Shown: positions 44,976-54,250, counted from the first letter of the stretch. The stretch: 64,000 bases of DNA from Candidatus Nealsonbacteria bacterium (GCA_030612885.1 JAUWMZ010000005.1:19-64018), one strand, 5' to 3'. Numbers and translations are program-made. Notes: a model not told the origin generated them from the sequence alone.

Positions 44976-46097
44976 ATGCGAAATTTTCTAAAAGCTTTAG
45001 CTGTCTTTGTGGGAACTATAATCGGAGTAGGAATTTTTGGCTTGCCTTATGTTGCTTCAAAGGCAGGTTTTTTTGTGATTGTCTTATATTTTTTGTTTAT
45101 TACTGGAATTGCTATTGCCATTCATCTTATTTATGGAAAAATTTGTTTAGAAACAAAAGGAGTCCACCGCCTTCCCGGATATGTAGAACAATATCTCGGA
45201 AATGGTTGGAAAAAAATTGCAATCTTACTTACTGGATTTGCCATTACTGGCGCTTCTCTGGCTTATTTAATTGTTGGCGGAGAATTTTTAAAGTTTCTTT
45301 TTGCTCCAGCTTTTGGAGGAAGTGCCTTAATTTATACTTTGCTCTTTTTTTGTCTCGGCGCTTATCTGATTTTTAGAGGGATTAAAAGTATATCTCAAGT
45401 TGAAATTTCTTTTTTATTTGTCTTTTTTACTATTTTAATTATATTTTTCCTGAAAGCCTTTTCTTCTTTTAATATGGCATATTTAACTATGATGGACTGG
45501 AAATTTTTTGCTTTTCCTTATGGAGTTATTCTTTTTTCTCTATGCGGTTCAGCAATAGTGCCTGAACTTAAGGAAATACTTGGTAATGATAAGAAAAAAT
45601 TAAAAAAAGTCATAATTTCAGGGATTTTAATTGCTGCTGTTTGTTATCTATTTTTTGTGTTTATTATTCTTGGGACTTGCGGGCAAAATACCTCAAAAGA
45701 AGCAATGTCTGGTTTTTCATTAAGTTTGGGCAATAGTATTATTGGATTGGGTTTTATATTCGGAATAATTGCTTGCTTTACTTCTTTTCTTACTTTAGGT
45801 TTAACCTTGAAAAAGTCATTATGGTATGATTTCGGTTTATCTAAAAATTTTTCTTGGTTTATTGCTTGTTTTTTACCTCTACTTTTGTTTTTAGCAGGTA
45901 TGCGTGAATTTATTGATATTATTGGTATTACTGGCGCTTTAGCTATTGGGGGTGAAGGAGTAATTATTATTTTTCTTTATAGAGCTTTTTTGAAAAAGAA
46001 ATTTTCTCAAAAAATGAATCCTTTATTATACTTTTTGCCAATATTTTTTATTATAGGAATCGGACTTCAGATTTTTTACTTTGTATTTACAAAATGA
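44976..46097 (+). CDS. Amino-acid permease-like transporter (about 11 TM)
   Basis: 373 aa polytopic protein with a GVGIFGLPY motif, typical of aromatic/neutral amino-acid transporter families. Confidence 0.5.
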   Translation: MRNFLKALAVFVGTIIGVGIFGLPYVASKAGFFVIVLYFLFITGIAIAIHLIYGKICLETKGVHRLPGYVEQYLGNGWKKIAILLTGFAITGASLAYLIVGGEFLKFLFAPAFGGSALIYTLLFFCLGAYLIFRGIKSISQVEISFLFVFFTILIIFFLKAFSSFNMAYLTMMDWKFFAFPYGVILFSLCGSAIVPELKEILGNDKKKLKKVIISGILIAAVCYLFFVFIILGTCGQNTSKEAMSGFSLSLGNSIIGLGFIFGIIACFTSFLTLGLTLKKSLWYDFGLSKNFSWFIACFLPLLLFLAGMREFIDIIGITGALAIGGEGVIIIFLYRAFLKKKFSQKMNPLLYFLPIFFIIGIGLQIFYFVFTK

Positions 46098-46152
46098 ACT
46101 ACCACGCCCGCCAGCTGGCGGAGCGGGGTATTCCCGCCGCCGAAATAATCTT

Positions 46153-47460
46153 ATGAAATTTATTACTGATTTTCACATTCATTCCAAATATTCGAGAGCG
46201 ACCAGTCCTAAGACGGATTTGGAAAATTTAGACAAATGGGCGAAAATTAAAGGAATTCAAGTTTTAGGCACTGGAGATTTCACCCACCCGGAATGGTTTA
46301 AAGAACTAAAAGAAAAATTGGAACCAGTGGAAGATGGACTTTTTAAATTAAAATCAACGAGAACGGTTCTCGTTGAAACTACAAGATTTGTTTTAACAAG
46401 TGAAATTAGTTGTATTTATTCAAAAGGAGGCAGGGTTAGAAAAGTTCATATTATAGTTTTTGCTCCTTCTTTTGAGGTTGTTGAGAAAATCAATACTCAA
46501 TTAGGCTGGATTGGCAACCTAAAATCAGACGGACGGCCAATTTTAGGCTTAGATTCAAAAGAATTAGCCAAGATTGTTTTGAATATTTCAAAAGATTGCT
46601 TGATTGTGCCTGCACATTGTATGACTCCTTGGTTTGGCATTTTCGGTTCAAAATCAGGGTTTGATTCTATTGAAGAATGCTTTGAGAATTATTCTAAATA
46701 TATTTATGCAATAGAAAGTGGTTTAAGCGCAGACCCTGCAATGCTTTGGCGAATACCTGATGGCCGAAATCTTACCATAATCTCAAATAGCGATGCCCAT
46801 AGTCCAGCCAAGCTTGGCAGAGAAGCAAATGTTTTTGAGGGAGATGAATTGAGCTATAATTCAATAATTAATGCAATTAAGAATGAGCGAGGACGGATTT
46901 CGCCCATTATTGGGCGAAGTCCGTCCTCGCCTGGCTCTCTGAGTTTGATTTACACAATTGAATTTCATCCTGAAGAAGGTAAATACCATTATGACGGCCA
47001 TAGAAATTGCGGAATCAGTTTATCGCCATTAGAGTCAAAAAAATATAATAATATTTGTCCTCATTGCGGCAAGCCCCTGACTATTGGAGTTTTAAATCGA
47101 GTAGAAGAGTTAGCAGATAAGCCAGAGGGATTTAGACCAGAAGGAGCTATTCCTTTTAAAAGTTTAGTTCCCTTAGAAGAAATAATTGCTGAAAGTTTAG
47201 GCTGCAACACAGGAACAAAACGGGTAGAGGCGGAGTATAAAAATCTAATTGAAAAATTTGGTCAGGAGTTTAAAATTCTATTGGATATTTCCAAAACAGA
47301 TTTAGAATCAGCAACTTTGTCAGAAATCGCTGAAGGAATTATGCGAGTAAGAGAAGGAAAAGTTTATGTTGAGCCGGGCTTTGACGGCGTTTTTGGCAAA
47401 GTAAGAATTTTTTCAAAAGCAGAACAAAGAAAATTACCAAACCAAAAAACCCTATTTTAA
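46153..47460 (+). CDS. PHP-domain protein of the endonuclease Q (TIGR00375) type
   Basis: MKFITDFHIHSKYSRA, GTGDFTHPEW, C-terminal Zn ribbon CPHCGKPLTIGVLNRVEELAD. Start set at ATG 46153 because the upstream 24 codons are a GC-rich palindromic spacer. Confidence 0.6.
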   Translation: MKFITDFHIHSKYSRATSPKTDLENLDKWAKIKGIQVLGTGDFTHPEWFKELKEKLEPVEDGLFKLKSTRTVLVETTRFVLTSEISCIYSKGGRVRKVHIIVFAPSFEVVEKINTQLGWIGNLKSDGRPILGLDSKELAKIVLNISKDCLIVPAHCMTPWFGIFGSKSGFDSIEECFENYSKYIYAIESGLSADPAMLWRIPDGRNLTIISNSDAHSPAKLGREANVFEGDELSYNSIINAIKNERGRISPIIGRSPSSPGSLSLIYTIEFHPEEGKYHYDGHRNCGISLSPLESKKYNNICPHCGKPLTIGVLNRVEELADKPEGFRPEGAIPFKSLVPLEEIIAESLGCNTGTKRVEAEYKNLIEKFGQEFKILLDISKTDLESATLSEIAEGIMRVREGKVYVEPGFDGVFGKVRIFSKAEQRKLPNQKTLF

Positions 47461-47490
47461 AATAATAAAAATGTGTTATATTAAAATAAT

Positions 47491-49125
47491 ATGAAAAACA
47501 AAATAATTTTTCTAATAATTTTAGTTGCTTTTGTTTTAATAATCCCAAATTATATTTTCGCTGACGGAGGAATGATAGTTTGGCCGCCAAAAGTTCATTT
47601 AGACCAAACAGCTCAGAATGCTATTGTGGCTTGGAACGGTGAGGAAGAAATAATAATTCTTTCTAATGACATAGAAAGTGATGCCGAAGTCATTGCTTTA
47701 AGAATGGTGCCTCTGCCTTCAAATCCGACTGAAATAAAAGAAGGCAGTTTTGAATCCTTTGAGAAAATCACAGAGATTATAAATGAGAAAATAGAAAAAA
47801 TTCAGACCCCTGGTTTTGGGAGAGAGGGCGATAATAAAACAGCAGGCATCGGAGTAGAAATTACCTTTCATGAGCAAATCGGAGCCCATGATGTTATAGT
47901 AGTTAAAGTAAATGATTTGGATTATTTTCTAAATTGGATTAAGGATTTTGCTAATGGTAAAGGATTAGAAGTAAAAGAAATTTCTTCAGAGTTTGAACAA
48001 GGCATTTCTAACTATCTAAAAAGAGATATAAAACATTTTGTTTTTGATGTAATAAACACTAAAGAAACAAAAGAAAGCATACAACCCTTAATTTATAAAT
48101 TTGAGACAAATTATTTGTATTATCCCTTGAAAGTAACTGCTATTTCTGAAATCAAAGAAAGTTATGGAAAGATTCAAGTTTTTTTTATTGCTAAAGATTT
48201 TATTGGAGAAAAGTTTCAATATGAATTTCCTGTTGAATTCAGCCAGGAGGAAATTAAAGAAGTGAGCGAGGAAATAGCTGATTTGTTTGAATCAAGTGTA
48301 CAAGTATTATCAGTTGATTTTTATGGCAGATTGGATCAATTTAATGAGGACCTTATTTTATTTCCTTCTGGTTTATGGAAAAGGGATTTGAGTGTTGGTA
48401 GTTCTGGCGAAGATGTAAAAATGCTGCAAAAATTTTTAATAAATATGGAATTTTGGGATTCTGAAGCAGAAGCAACTGGATTTTTTGGACCAATTACAAA
48501 AAATGCCTTAGCTGAATTTCAGGAAAATGAAAAATATAAAATTTTAACACCTCTTGGTCTGGAAAATGGAACTGGTTATTTTGGAGAAAAAACCAGAATT
48601 TGTTTTGATGAGCTTTCTATTAAAAAAGAAACAGAAAAAGAAGAAGTAATGATTAAATGGATCCGTAATTTATCTTTAGGCGTGAGCGGTAATGATGTCA
48701 AGTCCCTGCAAGAGATTTTAATCAAAGAAGGAGTATGGCAAAGGCCAGATGTTGAAGCTACTGGCTATTTTGGGACAATTACTAAAGATGCAGTAATTAG
48801 ATTCCAGGAAAAGCATAGTTCAGATATTCTTGAACCAGTTGGATTATTTAAAGGCACTGGTTTTGTTGGTCATTCTACGAGGAATTTTTTAGAGAAACAA
48901 ATAGAACAAAACACTAAAGAAAAGGAAGAATATTATGGTTTTTCAACCAATGGTTTCTGCCAAACAGATACTGATTGCTTTATTTCTGGTTGTAATTCAG
49001 AAATTTGCCAAAGTAGAAACGAAGAACCCTTAGATTCAATATGTATTGTTCCAGACAAGTCAACCCCAAAACAACTTGGCTATCAATGTAAGTGTTCAGA
49101 AAATAAATGTCACTGGTCAAAATAA
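47491..49125 (+). CDS. Secreted protein: DUF2330-like N-terminal region, two PG_binding_1 domains, Cys-rich C-terminus
   Basis: Signal peptide. DGGMIVWPP...AQNAIVAWNGEEEIIIL. Two copies of GSSG.DVK.LQ..L.......ATG.FG.IT..A...FQ. C-terminal CQTDTDCFISGCNSEICQS...CKCSENKCHW. Confidence 0.5.
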   Translation: MKNKIIFLIILVAFVLIIPNYIFADGGMIVWPPKVHLDQTAQNAIVAWNGEEEIIILSNDIESDAEVIALRMVPLPSNPTEIKEGSFESFEKITEIINEKIEKIQTPGFGREGDNKTAGIGVEITFHEQIGAHDVIVVKVNDLDYFLNWIKDFANGKGLEVKEISSEFEQGISNYLKRDIKHFVFDVINTKETKESIQPLIYKFETNYLYYPLKVTAISEIKESYGKIQVFFIAKDFIGEKFQYEFPVEFSQEEIKEVSEEIADLFESSVQVLSVDFYGRLDQFNEDLILFPSGLWKRDLSVGSSGEDVKMLQKFLINMEFWDSEAEATGFFGPITKNALAEFQENEKYKILTPLGLENGTGYFGEKTRICFDELSIKKETEKEEVMIKWIRNLSLGVSGNDVKSLQEILIKEGVWQRPDVEATGYFGTITKDAVIRFQEKHSSDILEPVGLFKGTGFVGHSTRNFLEKQIEQNTKEKEEYYGFSTNGFCQTDTDCFISGCNSEICQSRNEEPLDSICIVPDKSTPKQLGYQCKCSENKCHWSK

Positions 49126-49135
49126 AATTTTTACT

Positions 49136-49432
49136 ATGCCTTCTCTTTTTGAAGAAAAAGAAAAAATCAATAGCAGCGAACTTAGGGATACATTAAGAGA
49201 TCCCTCGCATAATCTGCCTACAGACAGTAAGATATTTAGTAAATATGAAAGAGAAAAGATAATGAATGAATTATTTGACAGCTGCGGCGATGATATTAAT
49301 AAAGAGGAATTTAAAGGAGTTCTCCGTAAAGTAAGAGCTAAAGAGTTTGAATCAATTAAAGATTTTGACCAGTCGGAAATAGATAGAATTATTAGATATC
49401 TAAAAGAAATAAGCGGCATAACAGATTTTTAG
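49136..49432 (+). CDS. Hypothetical protein (98 aa)
   Basis: ORF retained from Met 49136. The longer form overlaps the preceding gene. No family recognised. Confidence 0.3.
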   Translation: MPSLFEEKEKINSSELRDTLRDPSHNLPTDSKIFSKYEREKIMNELFDSCGDDINKEEFKGVLRKVRAKEFESIKDFDQSEIDRIIRYLKEISGITDF

Positions 49433-49433
49433 T

Positions 49434-50462
49434 ATGATAACTTATTCAAAAGCCGGGGTTAATAGAAAAATAAGAGATAAGGCAAAAAAATCTTTAAAGA
49501 GTTTTGAGTTAACTTACAAATTAAGTAAATATGGAAAGATAATCAAGACTTCTTTTAATGTTCTTTATCCAATTGGAAATAATAGATATCAAGTGAAGAC
49601 CTGTGACGGAGTGGGAACAAAAGTTCTTTTAGCTGAATGGATTAATAAACATGATACTATTGGCCAAGATGCTGTGGCTATGGTGGCAAATGATTGTATA
49701 AGATGCGGAGCAGAACCAATAGCTATCACAGATGTGATTGATATTAAAAAGTCAGAGCCGAAAATATTAAGAGAGATTCAGAAAGGATTGATTATCGGGT
49801 CTAAAGAAGCAAATTGTCCTTTAATAGGAGGAGAGACAGCCGATGTGTCAGAACTTTTAAATACTTTTTACCATATCAATTGTGATTGCGTTGGAGAAGT
49901 AGAGAAAAAAGATATAATCATTGGAGAGAGAATAAAACCCGGCAATATTATAATTGGCTTTCAAAGTTCCGGGATTCATTCTAACGGCTTAACTTTATTA
50001 AGAAAGGTTCTTTTTAAAAGATGGGGCGGTAAATTTAATGCTTTTGACAAGCCGAAAGGTTTTAAAAGAGAATTAATTTTTGAGTGCCTTGAACCAACAA
50101 AAATTTATGTTAAACCATTTTTAGAGATTGCCAAAAGATTTGAGATTCTTGGTGCTGTTCATATCACTGGCGATGCTTATTTAAAATTTAAAAAATTAAA
50201 TAAGAAAGTTGGCTTTGAGTTTAATAATTTTAAACCTCAGCCGATTTTTAATTTAATCCAAGAAACAGGAAAAATTAGTTCAAAAGAGATGTTTAGAACC
50301 TTTAATATGGGCTGGGGGTTTGCTATCTTTGTTAAAGATAAAGACAAAAATAAAATTTTGGATTTATTAAAAAGAAAAAAACAGAGAGCCGAGGTAATTG
50401 GAAAAGTAATCAAAGAAAAACAAATTATAATTAGATATAAAAACAGAAAGATAATTTTATAA
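49434..50462 (+). CDS. purM: Phosphoribosylformylglycinamidine cyclo-ligase (AIR synthase, PurM-like)
   Basis: YSKAGVN, DGVGTKVLLA, IGQDAVAMVANDCIRCGAEP, IGGETAD, SSGIHSNGLTLLRK. Confidence 0.7.
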   Translation: MITYSKAGVNRKIRDKAKKSLKSFELTYKLSKYGKIIKTSFNVLYPIGNNRYQVKTCDGVGTKVLLAEWINKHDTIGQDAVAMVANDCIRCGAEPIAITDVIDIKKSEPKILREIQKGLIIGSKEANCPLIGGETADVSELLNTFYHINCDCVGEVEKKDIIIGERIKPGNIIIGFQSSGIHSNGLTLLRKVLFKRWGGKFNAFDKPKGFKRELIFECLEPTKIYVKPFLEIAKRFEILGAVHITGDAYLKFKKLNKKVGFEFNNFKPQPIFNLIQETGKISSKEMFRTFNMGWGFAIFVKDKDKNKILDLLKRKKQRAEVIGKVIKEKQIIIRYKNRKIIL

Positions 50463-50612
50463 ATAGATTGACAGATTTGTAAAAATAATTAAGGTGAGAT
50501 TAAAGGACAATGAAGTCCGAAAGACCAAGTCCTTTAACAAAAAAACAAAAAGGCGGATTTTTTTTGATTAGAGATTTCTATTTTTTATCATTTGTGATAA
50601 AATTAAAATAAT

Positions 50613-51395
50613 ATGAAAGAAGGAAAGTTCTATATCGGAACAAGCGGGTGGGTATACTCTCATTGGGAAGGTATTTTTTATCCTGAAGATTTATCAGGGA
50701 AGGATAAATTAAAATATTTTTCAGAGCATTTTAAGACCGCGGAAGTAAATTATTCTTTTTACCATTTGCCAAAACCAATCACTTATCAAAATTGGTATAA
50801 ACAGACCCACAAAGATTTTATATTCAGTGTCAAAGCCAGTCGTTTTATTACTCATATTAAACGACTAAAGGAAGTAAAAGACCCCTGGAAAACTTTTTTA
50901 GAAAATGCTCTAAATCTTAAAGAAAAACTTGGTCCTATTTTATTCCAATTTCCCCCAAACTTTTCTGCTACCGAAGAAAATATAAAAAGATTACAAGATT
51001 TTTTGATATTAGCAGAAACCCGAGACCCGACCTCGGGATTGCAATCCCGAGGTCGGGTCTCGGTCAGATTCGCTTTTGAATTTCGGCATCAATCTTGGTG
51101 CGACTCCAAAATTTATGGATTGCTAAAAAAATACAAAGTTGCTTGGGTAATTGCTGATTCACCTTCCTTTCCAAAAGCCGAAGAAATTACTGCTGACTTT
51201 ATCTATATCAGAATGCATGGCTCAAAATTTTTGTTTTTTTCAAAATATACAGACGAAGAATTAAAAGGTTTAGCTCAAAAAATCAAAAAATGGCGAAAAG
51301 AAAACAAAGATGTTTATATTTATTTCAATAATGATGCAATGGGTAATGCTATTGAAAATGCCAAAACATTAATAAAATTTTGTGCAAGAGGTTGA
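50613..51395 (+). CDS. DUF72 family protein
   Basis: IGTSGWVYSHWEG.FYP, YF...F.T.EVN.SFY, QFPP.F, EFRH.SW, Y.Y(F)NND. Contains a perfect 19-bp hairpin in frame. Confidence 0.8.
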   Translation: MKEGKFYIGTSGWVYSHWEGIFYPEDLSGKDKLKYFSEHFKTAEVNYSFYHLPKPITYQNWYKQTHKDFIFSVKASRFITHIKRLKEVKDPWKTFLENALNLKEKLGPILFQFPPNFSATEENIKRLQDFLILAETRDPTSGLQSRGRVSVRFAFEFRHQSWCDSKIYGLLKKYKVAWVIADSPSFPKAEEITADFIYIRMHGSKFLFFSKYTDEELKGLAQKIKKWRKENKDVYIYFNNDAMGNAIENAKTLIKFCARG

Positions 51396-51593
51396 CCCCG
51401 CACCTTTTCATGACTGACTTCGTCAAATTGTGCAAAGCACAGTCATAAAAAGGTGCGGGGTTGACAAAGATTCTTGATGTATTAGTATCTAAAACAGAGG
51501 TGAGGATGGAGGACCTCTACCATTCCCAATTAAATAGGGGAATAAGGAAAAGAAAGATATGTTGGAAAAAAATAGGAGGTGAAAAGAAAAAAA

Positions 51594-52184
51594 ATGGAAA
51601 AAAAGATTGGAATTCTTTTGATTAGTGCAATTGTTGCAATATTGTTAGTCGCAAGCGGAAGCGCTTTGATGGGGTTCTGGGATTCAGCAAGAATTGAGGA
51701 TAACGAAGTAACGTTTGGAGAAGTGGATATAAACGAAACTGTTACAGTCCCATTCTACGTAGATGGATTAGTCCCTGGAGAAAATAAAACAGGCAATATG
51801 TCATTCTCTGTAGACGCTGATACTGAATTTAATGTATCAGTTGACATTTCAGCGATTACTGACCCAGAAAACGGGGAGAACAGCGGTGAACTCCTGGCGG
51901 GCGATTTGAAAGATACTGATATTTTCGGTGATGCTTATGATGGATACGGAGAAGCTGATAACATCGCAGAAGTGGTATTCAAAGTTAACGGAGAAATCGT
52001 CTATTCAGGAACAGGCGTAACAGCTGGCCATTTATTTGATGCTGGTCCATATAGTCCAGGGGAGAGCGTAGAGATAGAGACAATTTTGACTTGCCCATAT
52101 AACGAAATAGCTAATGTTGGCCAAACAGATTCTTTCAAGTGGGACTTTGAGATACTTGTTTATCAACCGCCACCGGAGGAGTAG
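51594..52184 (+). CDS. TasA/camelysin-like secreted protein with SipW-type signal peptide
   Basis: Signal anchor then GFWDSARIEDNEVTFGEVDI (compare the FSD.E.S.GN.F.AG.LD class). PGENKTGNMSF and the C-terminal NVGQTDSFKWDFEILVYQ resemble TasA-family strands. ATG 51594 follows AGGAGGTG. Confidence 0.5.
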   Translation: MEKKIGILLISAIVAILLVASGSALMGFWDSARIEDNEVTFGEVDINETVTVPFYVDGLVPGENKTGNMSFSVDADTEFNVSVDISAITDPENGENSGELLAGDLKDTDIFGDAYDGYGEADNIAEVVFKVNGEIVYSGTGVTAGHLFDAGPYSPGESVEIETILTCPYNEIANVGQTDSFKWDFEILVYQPPPEE

Positions 52185-52307
52185 AGTAATAGCAAATATA
52201 TCTAAAAAAATAAAAGTAAGATGGGAATTTTTTCCCTTCTTTTTTTTGGTATTGACAATATTTTATCAATAATGTAATCTCTAAAATAGAGAGAAAGGAG
52301 GTAAAAA

Positions 52308-52766
52308 ATGAAAAGAAAAGGAATTTTGCTGGCAGTGATGATAGCAACAATGATAGGATTGTCATTTTCGGGCATGGCATTGGAAGGACTTTGGGACTCA
52401 ATGACTATTGAAGACAACGAGGTAATATGCGGTGAGTGGGACAATATCAAAGGAGGAGCTATAGGCAATCAGACAATCGATAAGAATAGTGAGATAAATG
52501 AGACCTGCGATAATGTAAACAATTCAGTAGATAATAATAGTATAGCTGGACAGATAAACCAGACAGAAATGAATGAGACCATAAGCAAAGAGAACATTAA
52601 CAACGAAACACATAATATCATAGACAATCAGACAATAAGTAATGCAACAGTAGATTCTATAGAAGATGAAATTGAAAAGATTGATAACGAGACAAGCGAG
52701 GTATTGATAAATAAAATAGGAGGTGAAAGGAATGACAGCAACCAAAAACCAGAAAATTGTGATTGA
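52308..52766 (+). CDS. Secreted Asn-rich protein with the same SipW-type N-terminus
   Basis: GLWDSMTIEDNEVICGEWD after a signal anchor. The remainder is N/E/T-rich with at least 8 N-x-S/T sequons. Confidence 0.4.
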   Translation: MKRKGILLAVMIATMIGLSFSGMALEGLWDSMTIEDNEVICGEWDNIKGGAIGNQTIDKNSEINETCDNVNNSVDNNSIAGQINQTEMNETISKENINNETHNIIDNQTISNATVDSIEDEIEKIDNETSEVLINKIGGERNDSNQKPENCD

Positions 52767-53448
52767 AACAGCATCAGTTATAGCAGGAATTACAATATTT
52801 ATAGCCGTTTTATCTCTGATGATTTTTCCGTCAGAGGTATCAGAAGTGCCGCCGTCAGAAGAATTAGTGATAACACCGATAATAGATTCGTTAACACCGA
52901 CACCCACACCTACACCATCGCCGACACCTGCAGTTTCAGTATCACCGACTCCAACTCCAATTCCAATTCCAATACCAAGCCCAGCTTTATTTTACTGGGG
53001 AACTGGAGGAGGTGGAGGAGGTTATCGAGCACCGCGAATACCACCAGAGGAATTGACAGGATTGCAAATTTGCGATGCTAATGGTGAGAACTGTACAGAG
53101 AAAAGTTTTGATTCATTGATTAAAGCAAAAAACATATGCCCTGGTTATGAAGAAGAAGCAGTTTTTCAGTTAAAAAACGATAATAACAAAGATGGTACGA
53201 TTTATGTATATATCGATGAAGGTCTAAACAATTCAGAATGCGGCAAGTATATATATCTTGAATTTTTCTTTGATAACAAGAGCGTGGTAACGAATATAGC
53301 TGATTTGACAGAACCAGTAAAGATGCAAGAAATAAGAAAAGGGGAATTGTTGCTAATAAAGACGAAGTGGAATGTAAGTTGGGATTCAGGAAATGAGCTG
53401 CAAGGGGCAGGTATTGGTAAATTTCCGATTTGTTTCGGACTGTTATAA
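52732..53448 (+). CDS. Membrane-anchored protein with Pro/Thr linker, G6 run and TasA-like C-terminal domain
   Basis: ATG 52732 after AGGAGGTG. One TM helix, PTPTPTPSPTPAVSVSPTPTPIPIPIPSP, GGGGGG, then PGYEEEAVFQLKN...GNELQGAGIGKFPICF. Confidence 0.4.
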   Translation: MTATKNQKIVIETASVIAGITIFIAVLSLMIFPSEVSEVPPSEELVITPIIDSLTPTPTPTPSPTPAVSVSPTPTPIPIPIPSPALFYWGTGGGGGGYRAPRIPPEELTGLQICDANGENCTEKSFDSLIKAKNICPGYEEEAVFQLKNDNNKDGTIYVYIDEGLNNSECGKYIYLEFFFDNKSVVTNIADLTEPVKMQEIRKGELLLIKTKWNVSWDSGNELQGAGIGKFPICFGLL

Positions 53449-53466
53449 AAATAAATAAACAAAAAT

Positions 53467-53491
53467 AGAGGATTTTAATCCTCTCTTTTTT
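53467..53491 (+). terminator. Rho-independent terminator-like hairpin
   Basis: agaggatt-tt-aatcctct followed by cT6. Confidence 0.55.
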
Positions 53492-53562
53492 ATTTATTTT
53501 TTAGTAGAGATGGGATATAATAACATATAACACATAATAACATTTTATTTAAAGATTGCTCT

Positions 53563-54204
53563 ATGTTTCAATCCATTAACAAAGTCATCAAAATTTTAAT
53601 TTTCTCTGATGTCTTACTTTTAACTGGTTTTGGTTTTTTCCAACCAATTTTTGCTATTTTTATTGTTGACAGGGTCCAAGGAGGAAACATTGAGATAGCT
53701 GGCTTTGCTATGGCTGTTTATTGGCTCACAAAATCCATTGTTCAAATTCCTTTTGGCAGATATTTAGATAAAAATCACGGAGAGAAAGATGACTTACTTT
53801 TTATAATACTTGGTTTTGGATTAGTGAGTATTGCGGCTTTTTCTTTTATTTTCGTTTCTCTCCCTTGGCATATTTATTTTCTTGAAGCGCTCTACGGCAT
53901 AGGCATAGCTATGAATGTGGCTGGTTGGGGAGCTACTTTTACCCGACATATTGACAAAGGCATGGAAGCATTTGAATGGAGCACTCGAAGTACTTTGGTG
54001 GGTATAGGAGCTGGTATAGCTGGCGCTTTAGGCGGAGTCATTGCTCATCAGTTTGGATTTACAGTATTATTTATTGGGGTAGGAACTTTCGCTTTAGCTG
54101 GGGCGCTTTTGCCGATTTTAATTTGGAAAGATGTCTTTCCAAAGAAGAAAATAGCTTTTAAAGTTCCGAAAATAAAGGCCGTTACTTATTCATCGAAAGA
54201 TTAG
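53563..54204 (+). CDS. Half-size MFS-like membrane protein (6 TM)
   Basis: 213 aa. The loop GRYLDKNHGEKD resembles the MFS motif A (G...D+.G.+). Only one six-helix bundle is present. Confidence 0.45.
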   Translation: MFQSINKVIKILIFSDVLLLTGFGFFQPIFAIFIVDRVQGGNIEIAGFAMAVYWLTKSIVQIPFGRYLDKNHGEKDDLLFIILGFGLVSIAAFSFIFVSLPWHIYFLEALYGIGIAMNVAGWGATFTRHIDKGMEAFEWSTRSTLVGIGAGIAGALGGVIAHQFGFTVLFIGVGTFALAGALLPILIWKDVFPKKKIAFKVPKIKAVTYSSKD

Positions 54205-54250
54205 TATTATAAGAACCTGACTTTGTCAGAACCTTGATTACTACGTAATT

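Noticed and set aside
50463-50612. Possible riboswitch or small RNA upstream of DUF72 (TTGACA box, ttaaaggac...gtcctttaa hairpin with an inner gtc-cgaaa-gac).
   Set aside because: No match to any riboswitch consensus I can recall, and the hairpin alone is weak evidence. Not reported as a feature.
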